Source: a virus (lineage: Duplodnaviria; Caudoviricetes). Taken from it: a DNA stretch of 64,000 nt. The position numbers were made by a program, and so were the translations under genes. Each line of letters starts with the position of its first letter. Position 1 is the first letter of the stretch. The stretch spans positions 76,744 through 140,743 of the IMG/VR virus record IMGVR_UViG_2908369612_000002; one strand, written 5' to 3'. Below, one piece after another: positions 42,144 to 53,712 of the stretch. Under the pieces are notes generated by a model. The model ran no database searches and was not told the DNA's origin. It was given only the letters and a program-made list of their open reading frames with translations.

Positions 42144-42536
42144 ATGGACAATTTTCAACAAGAAACAATATCACGTTTAAGTGTATTAGAGGAAAAAACT
42201 AATCAACATGACGGTAAGCTTAACTCTCTAGAAGAAAAGACAAATGTTATTAATCGCATTGCTACCTTAGTCGAACAACAGGTTGAAATCAATAAAGATG
42301 CACAAGTTCAGTCTAGAGAACAATTTACTACGCTTACTGAAATGAACAACAGCTTGAGAAACCTGAGCAAGTCTTATGAAAAACTAGATAACCGAGTAGA
42401 AATCTTAGAACGATCTGATTCCACACGTAAAATTGATCCTTCGCAGTTTACAAAGGATCTCATTTACAAAGTGTTACCTAGTGTCATTGCAACAATCATT
42501 GGAGCATGGCTACTTATACATTTTGGTCTAAAATAA
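42144..42536 (+). CDS. Coiled-coil protein with C-terminal TM, lysis-associated (XhlA-like)
   Basis: Architecture; position between endolysin and holin. Confidence 0.65.
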   Translation: MDNFQQETISRLSVLEEKTNQHDGKLNSLEEKTNVINRIATLVEQQVEINKDAQVQSREQFTTLTEMNNSLRNLSKSYEKLDNRVEILERSDSTRKIDPSQFTKDLIYKVLPSVIATIIGAWLLIHFGLK

Positions 42537-42557
42537 TACTTTAAGGAGACAAAGCGC

Positions 42558-42809
42558 ATGAACAAAATAAACTGGAAAGTAAGACTTCAAAAGAAAACAT
42601 TCCTTGTGGCAATCTTCTCTGCAACTCTTTTATTTGCACAGCAAATTGCAAGTGCATTTGGATATGACATCTCAGTGTTTAGTGATGACCTCACTGAGAA
42701 ATTCAACGCATTACTGACCTTTTTGACTGCTATGGGAATTGTAGTTGATCCAACTACTACAGGCATTTCTGACAGTCATCAAGCAATGGAATATACAGAA
42801 CCTAAATAA
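42558..42809 (+). CDS. Holin (phi LC3 family)
   Basis: INWKVRL...GIVVDPTT.GISDS signature. Confidence 0.9.
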   Translation: MNKINWKVRLQKKTFLVAIFSATLLFAQQIASAFGYDISVFSDDLTEKFNALLTFLTAMGIVVDPTTTGISDSHQAMEYTEPK

Positions 42810-42863
42810 TTCGGGGAGTTCACCTCCCCTTTTTTCGATTTTGAACATGAAAGGAATGGTTAC

Positions 42864-43160
42864 GTGAGTGTACAAATAGGATCAGGTTATATCGGCAGCT
42901 CAAACCTCGAAAAATCAACACCAAATCAAGAGGTAATCCCCTCCCCACCACCTACTTGGACAATGAAATATTCTCTTTACAAATTCAGTTTTTCAAATGA
43001 TCAAGAGTGCCATGTATCAATCAATGGTATCAATCCTATTTATTTAAGAGCTGGGCAAGGATTTCAAATGGATGCTCAAGATTCACCTATCACTAGCTTT
43101 AAGATATCTGAAGCAGGGATAACATATAACTTTTTGGGGCGCATAAATGAGTTTCTTTAA
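42864..43160 (+). CDS. Hypothetical protein
   Basis: RBS AAAGGA; overlaps the next ORF. Confidence 0.6.
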   Translation: MSVQIGSGYIGSSNLEKSTPNQEVIPSPPPTWTMKYSLYKFSFSNDQECHVSINGINPIYLRAGQGFQMDAQDSPITSFKISEAGITYNFLGRINEFL

Positions 43161-43476
43161 TCCAATGGTAAATGTCTCGATAGTAACTGGTAAGTCTGCT
43201 TATGATATTGCAGTTGATAAAGGATTTTCTGGAACTGAAGAAGAATGGTTGGCTTCGTTAAAAGGTGAAAAAGGCGATAAAGGTAGTACCGGAGCAATAG
43301 GTGCTAAAGGAGACAAAGGCGATACTGGTGCAACTGGATCCAAAGGTGCCACAGGTGCTACCGGGAAAGACGGGAAAGACGGAAAAGATGGTTTATCTGC
43401 ATACGAATTAGCTGTTCAACAAGGTTTTACAGGAACATTAGATGAATGGTTAGCTTCTTTAAAAGCAACAAGTTAA
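43147..43476 (+). CDS. Collagen-like repeat protein
   Basis: GXY repeats flanked by two SAY..AV..GF.GT..EWLASLK units. Confidence 0.85.
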   Translation: MSFFNPMVNVSIVTGKSAYDIAVDKGFSGTEEEWLASLKGEKGDKGSTGAIGAKGDKGDTGATGSKGATGATGKDGKDGKDGLSAYELAVQQGFTGTLDEWLASLKATS

Positions 43477-43627
43477 CAAACCTTACCCTTCTCAATCAAT
43501 TTCGAGGAGGGTATTTTTTCGCAACTCACTTCCTGAATTGAAAAATTAAGGAAAAGATAATCTTCCTCACATCTTAAGTTATGATAAAATATTACATATT
43601 AGACGAAATATCGGGAGGGTGATTATT

Positions 43628-44764
43628 TTGCAGCAAGTGATCTCTTCTTCAAAAGTTGGTTTAAAAATCAATGAATGGTATAAATACATAAGATTGTTCA
43701 GTGTTGCAGATGCAGAAATTTTAAAAACCGAAGTGGAACAAGAAATAGAGTACATGGAAGAAGATCAAGATTTATTGTTATACTATTCGCTCATGTGTTT
43801 TAGACATCAATTAATGCTTGATTACCTTGAGCCAAAATCAATGAATGAGGAACGACCTAAAATTTCAGACTTATTAGAAAAGATCGAAAGTAATCAAACT
43901 GATCTAAAAGGAATTCTTGAATATTATTTTAACTTTTTTCATGGAATGTATGAATTTGAACAGTACGAATATCTTAAAGCAATAAGTTTTTACAACCGAG
44001 CAGAAAAGATGATATCTATTGTTCCAGATGAAATAGAACGTGCAGAATTTCATTACAAAGTCGCTGAAGTATATTACCATATGAAACAGACTCACATGTC
44101 TATGCACCATATAGTTCAAGCAATAGAAACCTATAAAGCTCACGAGACGTATTCAGTAAAAGTCATTCAATGTTCATTTGTCATCGGTCTGAATTATTTA
44201 GACATGGAATATCCAGAAAAAGCAGTACCACATTTTATGAATGCTTTAAAACAAGCACAAGAAATTAATTTGCCTCGGTTAATAGGATCTTCTTTGTATA
44301 ATCTCGGTTTATGCTCATTTGCAACAGGAAATATGGAAAAGGCTTTGGAGTATTTCAAAGAAGGCGCCTCAATTTACCAAAGTAAGGCTCTTCAATATTC
44401 TAACCGACTACTAGACATACTTCTGATGTTGGCAAAAACACATTTTAAATTATCCAATACCGTTGAAGGAAAGCAGGTTTGTGAACAAGGTGTAATACTG
44501 TCGAAGGAATTAAATGACGAAGTATTAGGAAAAATGTTTGATTTTCTTATGATTTTATTCGTTGACAATGACAAAGACCAACTCTTTAAAATTCTTAGTT
44601 ACTTGGAGTCAAAAGCTATGCTTTCAGACGTGGAAGACCTAGCGACTGATGCAGCAATGTATTATAATGTAAATGAAGACCATAAAGTAGCTACTACCTT
44701 TTATGAGAAAGTGCTTTATGCCCGAAAACAAATTCAGAGAGGGGATTGTCTTTATGAAATTTAA
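43628..44764 (+). CDS. Rap-family TPR response-regulator inhibitor
   Basis: ISSSKVGLKINEWY, MEEDQDLLLYYSLM.FRHQLML Rap signature. Confidence 0.95.
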   Translation: MQQVISSSKVGLKINEWYKYIRLFSVADAEILKTEVEQEIEYMEEDQDLLLYYSLMCFRHQLMLDYLEPKSMNEERPKISDLLEKIESNQTDLKGILEYYFNFFHGMYEFEQYEYLKAISFYNRAEKMISIVPDEIERAEFHYKVAEVYYHMKQTHMSMHHIVQAIETYKAHETYSVKVIQCSFVIGLNYLDMEYPEKAVPHFMNALKQAQEINLPRLIGSSLYNLGLCSFATGNMEKALEYFKEGASIYQSKALQYSNRLLDILLMLAKTHFKLSNTVEGKQVCEQGVILSKELNDEVLGKMFDFLMILFVDNDKDQLFKILSYLESKAMLSDVEDLATDAAMYYNVNEDHKVATTFYEKVLYARKQIQRGDCLYEI

Positions 44765-44933
44765 ACTTGCATCTTCTTTTATTTTTTTAGTTATCTTACT
44801 TGGGCTTGTCGGACATTATCTTCTTAACGACCACAAAGTTTTAAAAGAAGCTCGAAGAGGCCACACAGCCAGTATCCAAATCGCTCTTGATCACCATGAC
44901 TTCTCAGTGGAACGTAGAGGGCAAACCGCATAA
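44754..44933 (+). CDS. Phr pro-peptide with two candidate signals, RRGHTA and RRGQTA
   Basis: Overlaps the rap 3' end; signal peptide; duplicated motif. Confidence 0.88.
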   Translation: MKFKLASSFIFLVILLGLVGHYLLNDHKVLKEARRGHTASIQIALDHHDFSVERRGQTA

Positions 44934-44965
44934 ATGTTTTTTCACCCCCATATAGGGGGTATTTT

Positions 44966-46216
44966 TTATGATTTGTGCCCACCTGTCAAACCTGCTCTAT
45001 ACAAAGCTGTGCCTCCAGGTGTATAAGAAACAGCTCGCAAGATCGCTTTTGATCCGTATTTATTTCTTATCCCGTCCATTACAAATCCAAGTTTTCTTCT
45101 CTTTTCATTGTCTTTTTCAAACAGGCTTAATTGTTGATTTACATCATCTTCGATATTGGATAAAGTAACTGAGATACTCCTCACTGTTTTGCCTGTATAG
45201 AACTTATCAAACAACACCAAGCAATATCGATAAATATCCATCGTGATATTTGTAGGTAAATCAATCGTTTTGGCTCTATGAAAGTCGCCACCGAACTCAT
45301 CTTTACTGTAACCGATTCCTAGGCTGATGGTACGCCCTACTTTATTATGTGTCCGCGCTCTTCGCGCAACCTCTTCACATATCTCCAACAGAACAGCCTT
45401 TATATCCTCTTCTTTCGTATAATCCCTAAGCAAAATTTGACTCTTTCCATAGCTTATTTGCCCTTGCATCAAAGGAGCTCCAATTTCAGATAGGTCGATT
45501 CCATGTGCATGATAAAAAAGCTGATTTCCCATAATCCCAAATTTCTTCTCAAGTAGCTCTAAGGGATAATTAGCCAATTGCCCAACAGTTGATATCCCCA
45601 TCCGGTTCAGATTTCTTTCCATCCTCCCGCCTATCCCCCACATTTTAGACAACGGGTGAACCTTCCAAAGTTTATTTGGTACATCTTCATATCTCCAACG
45701 AGCAATGCCACTCTTCGTTTTCTTGCTCTCCAGATCAAGAGCAAGCTTACTCAGCAACATATTGTCACCAATACCTACTGTGCACATAAGACCGAACTCT
45801 CTCCACATGCTGCTTTGTATTGCTTTCGCCATTTCTTCAGGATTTTCTTTTCCTGCATCTAAAAAAGATTCATCAATTGAATACGTATGAACACATTTCT
45901 CAGGTACAAATCTGTAAAACAGTTTTGTAATCTCAGTCGAAACTCTAATGAAAAGTCTCATTTGTGGATTTACAACATGTATTCTTGGATCATCTGGGAT
46001 TTCAAATAATCTAGACCCTGTTTTAATCCCAAAATCTTTTTTAAGTGCAGGAGATGCAGCTAATACTACACTTCCCTGTCTCTCCGTATTTCCTACTACA
46101 GCCAGATAACAAGTCATTGGATTTAATCCCATAGTTACGGCTGATACTGAAGCATAAAACGACTTCATATCAACACAGAGAATATTTTTACGTGGAAATT
46201 GTGAGTAATCAATCAT
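44966..46216 (-). CDS. uvrX: Y-family DNA polymerase (UV repair)
   Basis: CVDMKSFYASV, YSIDESFLD motifs. Confidence 0.93.
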   Translation of the reverse strand: MIDYSQFPRKNILCVDMKSFYASVSAVTMGLNPMTCYLAVVGNTERQGSVVLAASPALKKDFGIKTGSRLFEIPDDPRIHVVNPQMRLFIRVSTEITKLFYRFVPEKCVHTYSIDESFLDAGKENPEEMAKAIQSSMWREFGLMCTVGIGDNMLLSKLALDLESKKTKSGIARWRYEDVPNKLWKVHPLSKMWGIGGRMERNLNRMGISTVGQLANYPLELLEKKFGIMGNQLFYHAHGIDLSEIGAPLMQGQISYGKSQILLRDYTKEEDIKAVLLEICEEVARRARTHNKVGRTISLGIGYSKDEFGGDFHRAKTIDLPTNITMDIYRYCLVLFDKFYTGKTVRSISVTLSNIEDDVNQQLSLFEKDNEKRRKLGFVMDGIRNKYGSKAILRAVSYTPGGTALYRAGLTGGHKS

Positions 46217-46541
46217 TGTACGCAACTCCTATGATGTCATTCATGGTGATGTAAATTTTAAGGTCGTTCTGATCTTTTACATGTAGCTTTTTTTGTTCGT
46301 AGTTTAGATACTGAACTCTTCCGATTAATTCCTTAACATACCCATCTTCATACAGTTGAAATTTTAGCTCTTTGTTCAGTGACATTGCTTCAGAGACGAG
46401 AATATCCATCTCCTCAATTTGTTGATTATCTAATGATGACTTTCCAATTTTTGATACATCAAGTAAGTCTTGTTTAAGCTGTGTTAAATGTTCTGGGAGC
46501 ATCATTGATGTCCATTTGATTGTCCCTCGATCTCTAAGCAA
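46209..46541 (-). CDS. yolD: YolD-like protein
   Basis: RDRGTIKWTSMMLPEH signature. Confidence 0.92.
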   Translation of the reverse strand: MLRDRGTIKWTSMMLPEHLTQLKQDLLDVSKIGKSSLDNQQIEEMDILVSEAMSLNKELKFQLYEDGYVKELIGRVQYLNYEQKKLHVKDQNDLKIYITMNDIIGVAYND

Positions 46542-46575
46542 TTTGAATCACTCCTTTATTGATCTAATATTAACA

Positions 46576-46617
46576 GAACAAACGTTCTTTATTCAATACA
46601 AATGAGAACAATCGTTC
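46576..46617. promoter_or_regulatory. Two LexA (DinR) SOS boxes upstream of yolD-uvrX
   Basis: GAAC-AAAC-GTTC at 46576-46587 and GAAC-AATC-GTTC at 46606-46617. Confidence 0.88.
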
Positions 46618-46714
46618 GATGTAAATGTTGGTAATAAAATATGAAGGTCAATAATGATATACGTAGTATTTATAAAGGAGTGATTCTTATCTACGAGGGA
46701 GAGTGTAATGGTGA

Positions 46715-47050
46715 ATGAAGAAGAGGTTAATTGGATTTTTGATTTTAGTTCCTGTTTTGATTATGTCAGGTATAGCTTTAACCGAATCAAACAAAAAGGC
46801 CCCTGTAGAAGTATTGGAAAGTGCTTGGGATGAATTTGGTTTATTTAGTTTTCAAATTGGTCAAACAGATCCTGTAATTACAATTGGCATGGATCAAACC
46901 AAAAGTGAAGCAAAGCTCCGTGAATATTTAAAAGACAATCTGTCCAGAGAAGCAAAGGAAAAATATAAGATTTATATATTCAAAGATGATATTGATAAGT
47001 TGGAGAAAGAACATCAAGAGTATTTGCAAGAAAATAACCTCAATAAGTAA
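46715..47050 (+). CDS. yolC: Secreted or membrane-anchored phage protein
   Basis: Signal peptide; recalled similarity; divergent from yolD as in SPbeta. Confidence 0.75.
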   Translation: MKKRLIGFLILVPVLIMSGIALTESNKKAPVEVLESAWDEFGLFSFQIGQTDPVITIGMDQTKSEAKLREYLKDNLSREAKEKYKIYIFKDDIDKLEKEHQEYLQENNLNK

Positions 47051-47402
47051 AACGCCCAGTACTTTATTAAGCTGGGCCCTGTTTCATATTTAAATTGAAT
47101 TTTTATAAGCATTAATAGCTTCGTTTCGCAACAGCATATTATTTTTGTTAACCATGCCTAAATTGTAAGCTTTTTTGATAAGCATCTTTTCCATTTTTAC
47201 ACATGTTAAGTATCGACAATCACTCAAATGATTTAATAAGAATACAAAAAAGAACCTGCAAATTGCAAGTTCTTTTCACGTTGGCAATTTATTTCGTTTT
47301 TGTAACGACAGGTTCATTACTCTGTTGTATAATATTTCCTGTACATTAAGTTTGCTCACTCAAGGGAGTCTTGCTCATCCCCTAAGGAAAGGGGGTGATG
47401 CT

Positions 47403-47486
47403 ATGTCAACATTCCAGGCATTAATGTTAATGCTTGCATTCGGGTCTTTTATAATCGCCCTGTTGACGTATATAAATAAAAAATAG
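47403..47486 (+). CDS. Type I toxin, BsrE/BsrH family (27 aa, not in the ORF track)
   Basis: MSTFQALMLMLAFGSFIIALLTYINKK; RBS GGGGGTGA; TATAAT at 47328; terminator at about 47571-47608. Confidence 0.9.
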   Translation: MSTFQALMLMLAFGSFIIALLTYINKK

Positions 47487-47657
47487 ACCTCCCTTGAGCC
47501 TCAGAACCTGAAGGGTTAGGTCTACCTAGAAACCACATCGAGCAAGCCCCCTGAGGGCAGCTTTTTGTACAGAGCCGGGGTGTTGGCGCACCTCGGTCTT
47601 TTTATTTTATGCACTCCAATTAAACAAATGCTCAAATAATTATATAATTGTATCATT
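47480..47657 (-). ncRNA. Putative antisense antitoxin RNA (SR5-like); ends approximate
   Basis: Convergent sigma-A promoter TTGCAA-N18-TATAAT (47693-47664) overlapping the toxin 3' UTR. Confidence 0.65.
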
Positions 47658-47946
47658 ACCCTAATTATAACCAGATGGGAATGTTATTTGCAATACTATT
47701 GCTTTGTGATTGAAAATGTTTTTAAATGCAGAGGGTTGGCGCTTTTTTAGGCACAACTGCATGATCTAACTGAAGTGTAACAAATGGGATTTAGAGTTAG
47801 AAACGCTGTTGAGACCAAAATGTTATGTACCTCATATGCTGAGAACATAACTGTTCAAGAACGATTCTATATGGGTAAAATTGCGAAATAGCTAAATTAC
47901 AATGCTCATTTCAATATCAACTTCTAGGTTATTCTAATTTTGAATA

Positions 47947-49017
47947 TTATTGTTGATCATCAAATGAACTGTTAATTATATTAGCAATTTGGTCAGCCCC
48001 AACGCAAAAGTTGCTAATATCTGCTACGAATTCTAAGCAATACGATCTCTGGTTCATTTCTGGATGTAGTAAATCAACTTGACCTACAAAACCCGTATAA
48101 AGAGTTCTTCGATTTGATGCAGTTAAAGGGCCATTTTCGTCTATTTTAGCAGTCATTGATGGAATTTCAATTCTAAATGCAGCCCAAATACCTGAATTTA
48201 TATCTATATTTGTTACTATAGGGCCCATATCAAACACTGTACCGTCTGAAAACGTCTCATGTTGCCTTATCACTCCCCCTCTTTTTTCAATGCTCGTCCG
48301 AACAAACGTCGATAAATTTTCTTTTGCTGTTTCTATGCCTATTGCAGTATATTTACGATTTATTGGAATTGAGAGTGTGTTCCTAGTAGTGTTAATTACG
48401 ATCATTCCTTCTGCATCAGTTAGCCTATTGAAAATCATTACATGTTCACCAACAATTTTATCATCCTTTTTAAGACATCCTTCTTTACACTCAATATAGT
48501 CTTTCGGATAAGAAAAAGATTCAATTCTTGGTGGTGAGTCTTGTGGAAATTCCGGATTGTATTTGATATTTATAATTATTTCTTTCCCAATACGTGATAT
48601 TTCTTTTATATGTAGTCCAAATTGTCCTCCGTTATCATCACTACAATGATTTATCATTTTAGTCATGCATTCTAACCAAGATCTATAGATTCCAGGGTTT
48701 GTATTATGCTGTATTAATCTTTCCCCTTCTACCTGGTTAATATTATTTACAGTTCCATCATTAATAGCTTTTTGAATCCTTTGATACTCTTCTTTTGTAG
48801 TCGATCCATTTAACTTTTGCCCTAATGGTACCCCCTTTATGGGGATTGTAACATCAATATTTAGTCCACCTTGAACTCGCTTCTTAAACTCTTCATAATC
48901 AGTATGGACTATCCACTGATAAAAATTCTGTTGGAAACTACTGCTGGATTCACTTATAAAAACATCTGCTTTTGTATTCTTCAATATCTGGTGACAAGCA
49001 TTGAAATCACATGACAT
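47947..49017 (-). CDS. Hypothetical 356-aa accessory protein
   Basis: RBS AAGGAGG; long ORF; family not recognised. Confidence 0.75.
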   Translation of the reverse strand: MSCDFNACHQILKNTKADVFISESSSSFQQNFYQWIVHTDYEEFKKRVQGGLNIDVTIPIKGVPLGQKLNGSTTKEEYQRIQKAINDGTVNNINQVEGERLIQHNTNPGIYRSWLECMTKMINHCSDDNGGQFGLHIKEISRIGKEIIINIKYNPEFPQDSPPRIESFSYPKDYIECKEGCLKKDDKIVGEHVMIFNRLTDAEGMIVINTTRNTLSIPINRKYTAIGIETAKENLSTFVRTSIEKRGGVIRQHETFSDGTVFDMGPIVTNIDINSGIWAAFRIEIPSMTAKIDENGPLTASNRRTLYTGFVGQVDLLHPEMNQRSYCLEFVADISNFCVGADQIANIINSSFDDQQ

Positions 49018-49274
49018 AAAAACATTTCCTCCTTTTATAAAATTAATGACACTACCTATAATTTCTATACGACAAATAAATATTCATTGAAAATTGATAT
49101 CCATCTTGAATGTTAAATTGGACAACTCGTTTCAGTAACTCGAGGTTTTATTTAATAACATTTAATTATCAACAAAAAAGCCCTCATTAAGAGAGCTTAT
49201 CTTTTAAGTTTGTAAAACTTTTGCTTTATGGATAAAACCATTATTTTATTTAATTTTCAAATTAAGCTGTATTA

Positions 49275-49769
49275 CTAATTTAAGCTATCTTCGGTGAATT
49301 TAAAGGTTTGTTTTAAATTACGTCCTTCTTGCCCCTTTTGAGACCATATAATTTCCACCTCTAATTCAGAAGCCTTATTAGCTAGCATAATGTGCTTAAA
49401 CCTCAACGGTGAACCATCGTTTAAATTTTCTGCCAGAGCTCTTGAATCTTCACTTTGTTTTTCACACTTTTCATCAGGACAGCCAAAAAGTGAATATTTG
49501 GTGATTGAACTAGGATCATCTCTAAACAATTGTACATCCGCTGTGGCTGCCTCTTTCCCAATGTTTTTAATTTCAACGGAATATACTTTATACTCTCCTT
49601 TTTTAGAACTTGCAAATTCCTTTTCGTTTTTTGCTTCACTTAACTCTACTGACCATTGATCAGTTTTTTGTTTGAAGGGCAATTCATTAAAAGATGACGC
49701 TTGAGTCTTTGTTTGCACAAAAAACAATAAAAGTAAAAAGACACTTAATAAAAGTAACAACCTCTTCAT
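49275..49769 (-). CDS. Secreted hypothetical protein
   Basis: Sec signal peptide ending TQA-S. Confidence 0.75.
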   Translation of the reverse strand: MKRLLLLLSVFLLLLFFVQTKTQASSFNELPFKQKTDQWSVELSEAKNEKEFASSKKGEYKVYSVEIKNIGKEAATADVQLFRDDPSSITKYSLFGCPDEKCEKQSEDSRALAENLNDGSPLRFKHIMLANKASELEVEIIWSQKGQEGRNLKQTFKFTEDSLN

Positions 49770-49889
49770 TTCAGTTACCTTCTTTCTTTTTTTATTATCT
49801 TGTCCAATACAAGTGTCTTATACATTGTTTTAATCAATAAAAAAACTCTCAATAAGAGAGTTCAACAACAATAATTGCAATATTTTTGC

Positions 49890-50033
49890 TTAACTGTTTA
49901 GTAAATCATCATCTAATTCAATGAAAAGAATACCGTCATCTTCTTCATCTGAATCCTCTTCAATTGATAAGCTTTGAATAAAGTCTTCAAATGAATCAGC
50001 AATTAAAAAGGTGTCTTTTACTCCATTGTTAAA
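49890..50033 (-). pseudogene. 3' fragment of an SMI1/KNR4 immunity gene
   Basis: Reads FNNGVKDTFLIADSFEDFIQSL...DDLLNS then stop, a typical SMI1 C-terminus. Confidence 0.75.
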
Positions 50034-50288
50034 TGTCTTGGGGAGAGAATCGGAATGAAGAAAGCACTGCCACAGATAAAGGTTATCGAATTAAACAAAC
50101 CTTCAGTAGAAGCGTTGAAAGATATAGCTGATTACATGATAAAAATAGCGACTCGTTGAGTCATTTTGTTGAAATTAAAGTATTTAATTTTTGACTTTTT
50201 GTTCTTCAAATACAATTTTCAAAATATATTGGCAACGAAATCAATTTTTGAATGGTTAAAATAACAATTTAAAAGAGGAGGAATTCAA

Positions 50289-50897
50289 ATGGCAGGGCCC
50301 CCTGAATACCTTGAGTCTAATCAATCACTTGTTCCAGCTTTAACTGTCTATAATCATGCGGCGGGAACAGCACGTCTTATCGAAGGCTACGGTGCTGGAG
50401 TCAACAACCTCACCTTCCTGGTTTACAGTGATGGTTCAATTTGGTCAAAACATAACTACGAGACAGCAGGTGGCATAATTGCAAGAGGTGCCGCCGAAAT
50501 TAAAGGTAATCTCTGGGTGGGACGTGACGCCATGGTGACAGGTCGCGTCTTTGCACTCGAGTTCAAGGTCAGATGTGACAAAAACGCAAAGGAGAATTTC
50601 TCTAGCGTCAACCCCATTGAGATTCTTGATAAATTAGCAAGCATGCCAATCCAATCTTGGAACTTCAAGGAGGAATCGACCAATGAGCGTCACATTGGCC
50701 CGACTGCTCAGGATTTCCAAGCCGCCTTCGGATTAAATGGAGATAATGATACTCGGATTTCAAGCATCGATTTACACGGTGTAGCATTGGCTGCTATTCA
50801 AGGTTTAAACAAAAAACTTAAGGTTGAAAATGATGAGTTACATGCGAAATTAGCTAGCCTCGAGGAACGCCTTTCCGCCCTTGAGTCCAAGAGATAA
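50289..50897 (+). CDS. Protein with peptidase S74-type intramolecular chaperone domain
   Basis: CDKNAKEN, WNFK, HIGPTAQDF, C-terminal coiled coil; RBS GAGGAGG. Confidence 0.8.
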   Translation: MAGPPEYLESNQSLVPALTVYNHAAGTARLIEGYGAGVNNLTFLVYSDGSIWSKHNYETAGGIIARGAAEIKGNLWVGRDAMVTGRVFALEFKVRCDKNAKENFSSVNPIEILDKLASMPIQSWNFKEESTNERHIGPTAQDFQAAFGLNGDNDTRISSIDLHGVALAAIQGLNKKLKVENDELHAKLASLEERLSALESKR

Positions 50898-50957
50898 ACT
50901 GAATGAAGGATTAATCAAAAGGACCAAAAAAAGAGTCCTTTTTCTTTTGATGAAAAA

Positions 50958-51251
50958 TCAACATGTTAAACCATAAAAACCCTCTAACAACTGTGTCTCG
51001 TCGTTTTCCTCCATCCAAGGATCTTTCTCTAAAGGTTTATAGCAAACGTCATACTCAATTTCATCTGTTGTTTTTTTACTTTCTAAATAACAGCCTCCAT
51101 ATTCCTTCAAAAAGTCTTTATAATCAGAAGGTAATTGATTGCCTATATTCCTTTCAATTTCTTTAAGTTGTTCATTTATATTAATGCTGGGATCTGTTGT
51201 TTCATAAATTGAAAACTCACTCAACTTTTGTTTGATGTTATTGAAGCTCAC
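50958..51251 (-). pseudogene. 5' fragment of an SMI1/KNR4 immunity gene (YokK-like)
   Basis: LPSDYKDFLKEYGG; truncated after EGFYGL. Confidence 0.75.
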
Positions 51252-51303
51252 TTTATTACCCCTTCATATGTATGGAAAACGGTTAAAGACCTTCTTTACA
51301 GTT

Positions 51304-51762
51304 TTAATCGTCCCAATCTTCATCATCGATCCAGTCGTCTTTCGATTCTTCAAGTTCCTCTATTAAAAACTCTAGGAATGTGCTACCAACTTGTTTACCA
51401 TATCCCTCTTGGTTATCCCAAAGAATAACAGGGCATTCACCATTTTTCATCTTGTTAGTGTCAAGACAATAAGAAAATTCATCTACATATTCGATCACTA
51501 CAAGACCCTGGGAAAGGTTATAATACTTTTTATATTCATTGGTCTGTTCGACAACTTCAGCACCGTGAGAGTCATATCCGAGTATCATAGTACCGTATGC
51601 TCCCCCTGAACCATACTCAGTTAAAAACCATTTATAGCTGTCTGGAAGGGTTACAGTAAGAGCCTCTTCTATTTCCCTAATCTGTTCTTCAGTCACTCCT
51701 CCGGTGAGAATTGAATTTTCTTTATTTTCATCAAAAAAAGTTTTTATTTTCGAATAATCCAT
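51304..51762 (-). CDS. SMI1/KNR4 immunity protein (YobK-like)
   Basis: LPDSYKWFLTEYGSGG; directly downstream of the toxin. Confidence 0.88.
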   Translation of the reverse strand: MDYSKIKTFFDENKENSILTGGVTEEQIREIEEALTVTLPDSYKWFLTEYGSGGAYGTMILGYDSHGAEVVEQTNEYKKYYNLSQGLVVIEYVDEFSYCLDTNKMKNGECPVILWDNQEGYGKQVGSTFLEFLIEELEESKDDWIDDEDWDD

Positions 51763-51776
51763 TAAACTTTCACCTC

Positions 51777-53594
<1,818 letters not shown>

Positions 53595-53712
53595 CTACTC
53601 TATGTAAATTTTACCACAATCATCTATTTGAATAACAGAAAAAGACAGCCAAATCTGACTGCCCTCCCTTCATTGATTAACCTGTGAAACTAAAAAGTCT
53701 ATGGGTGCATCT

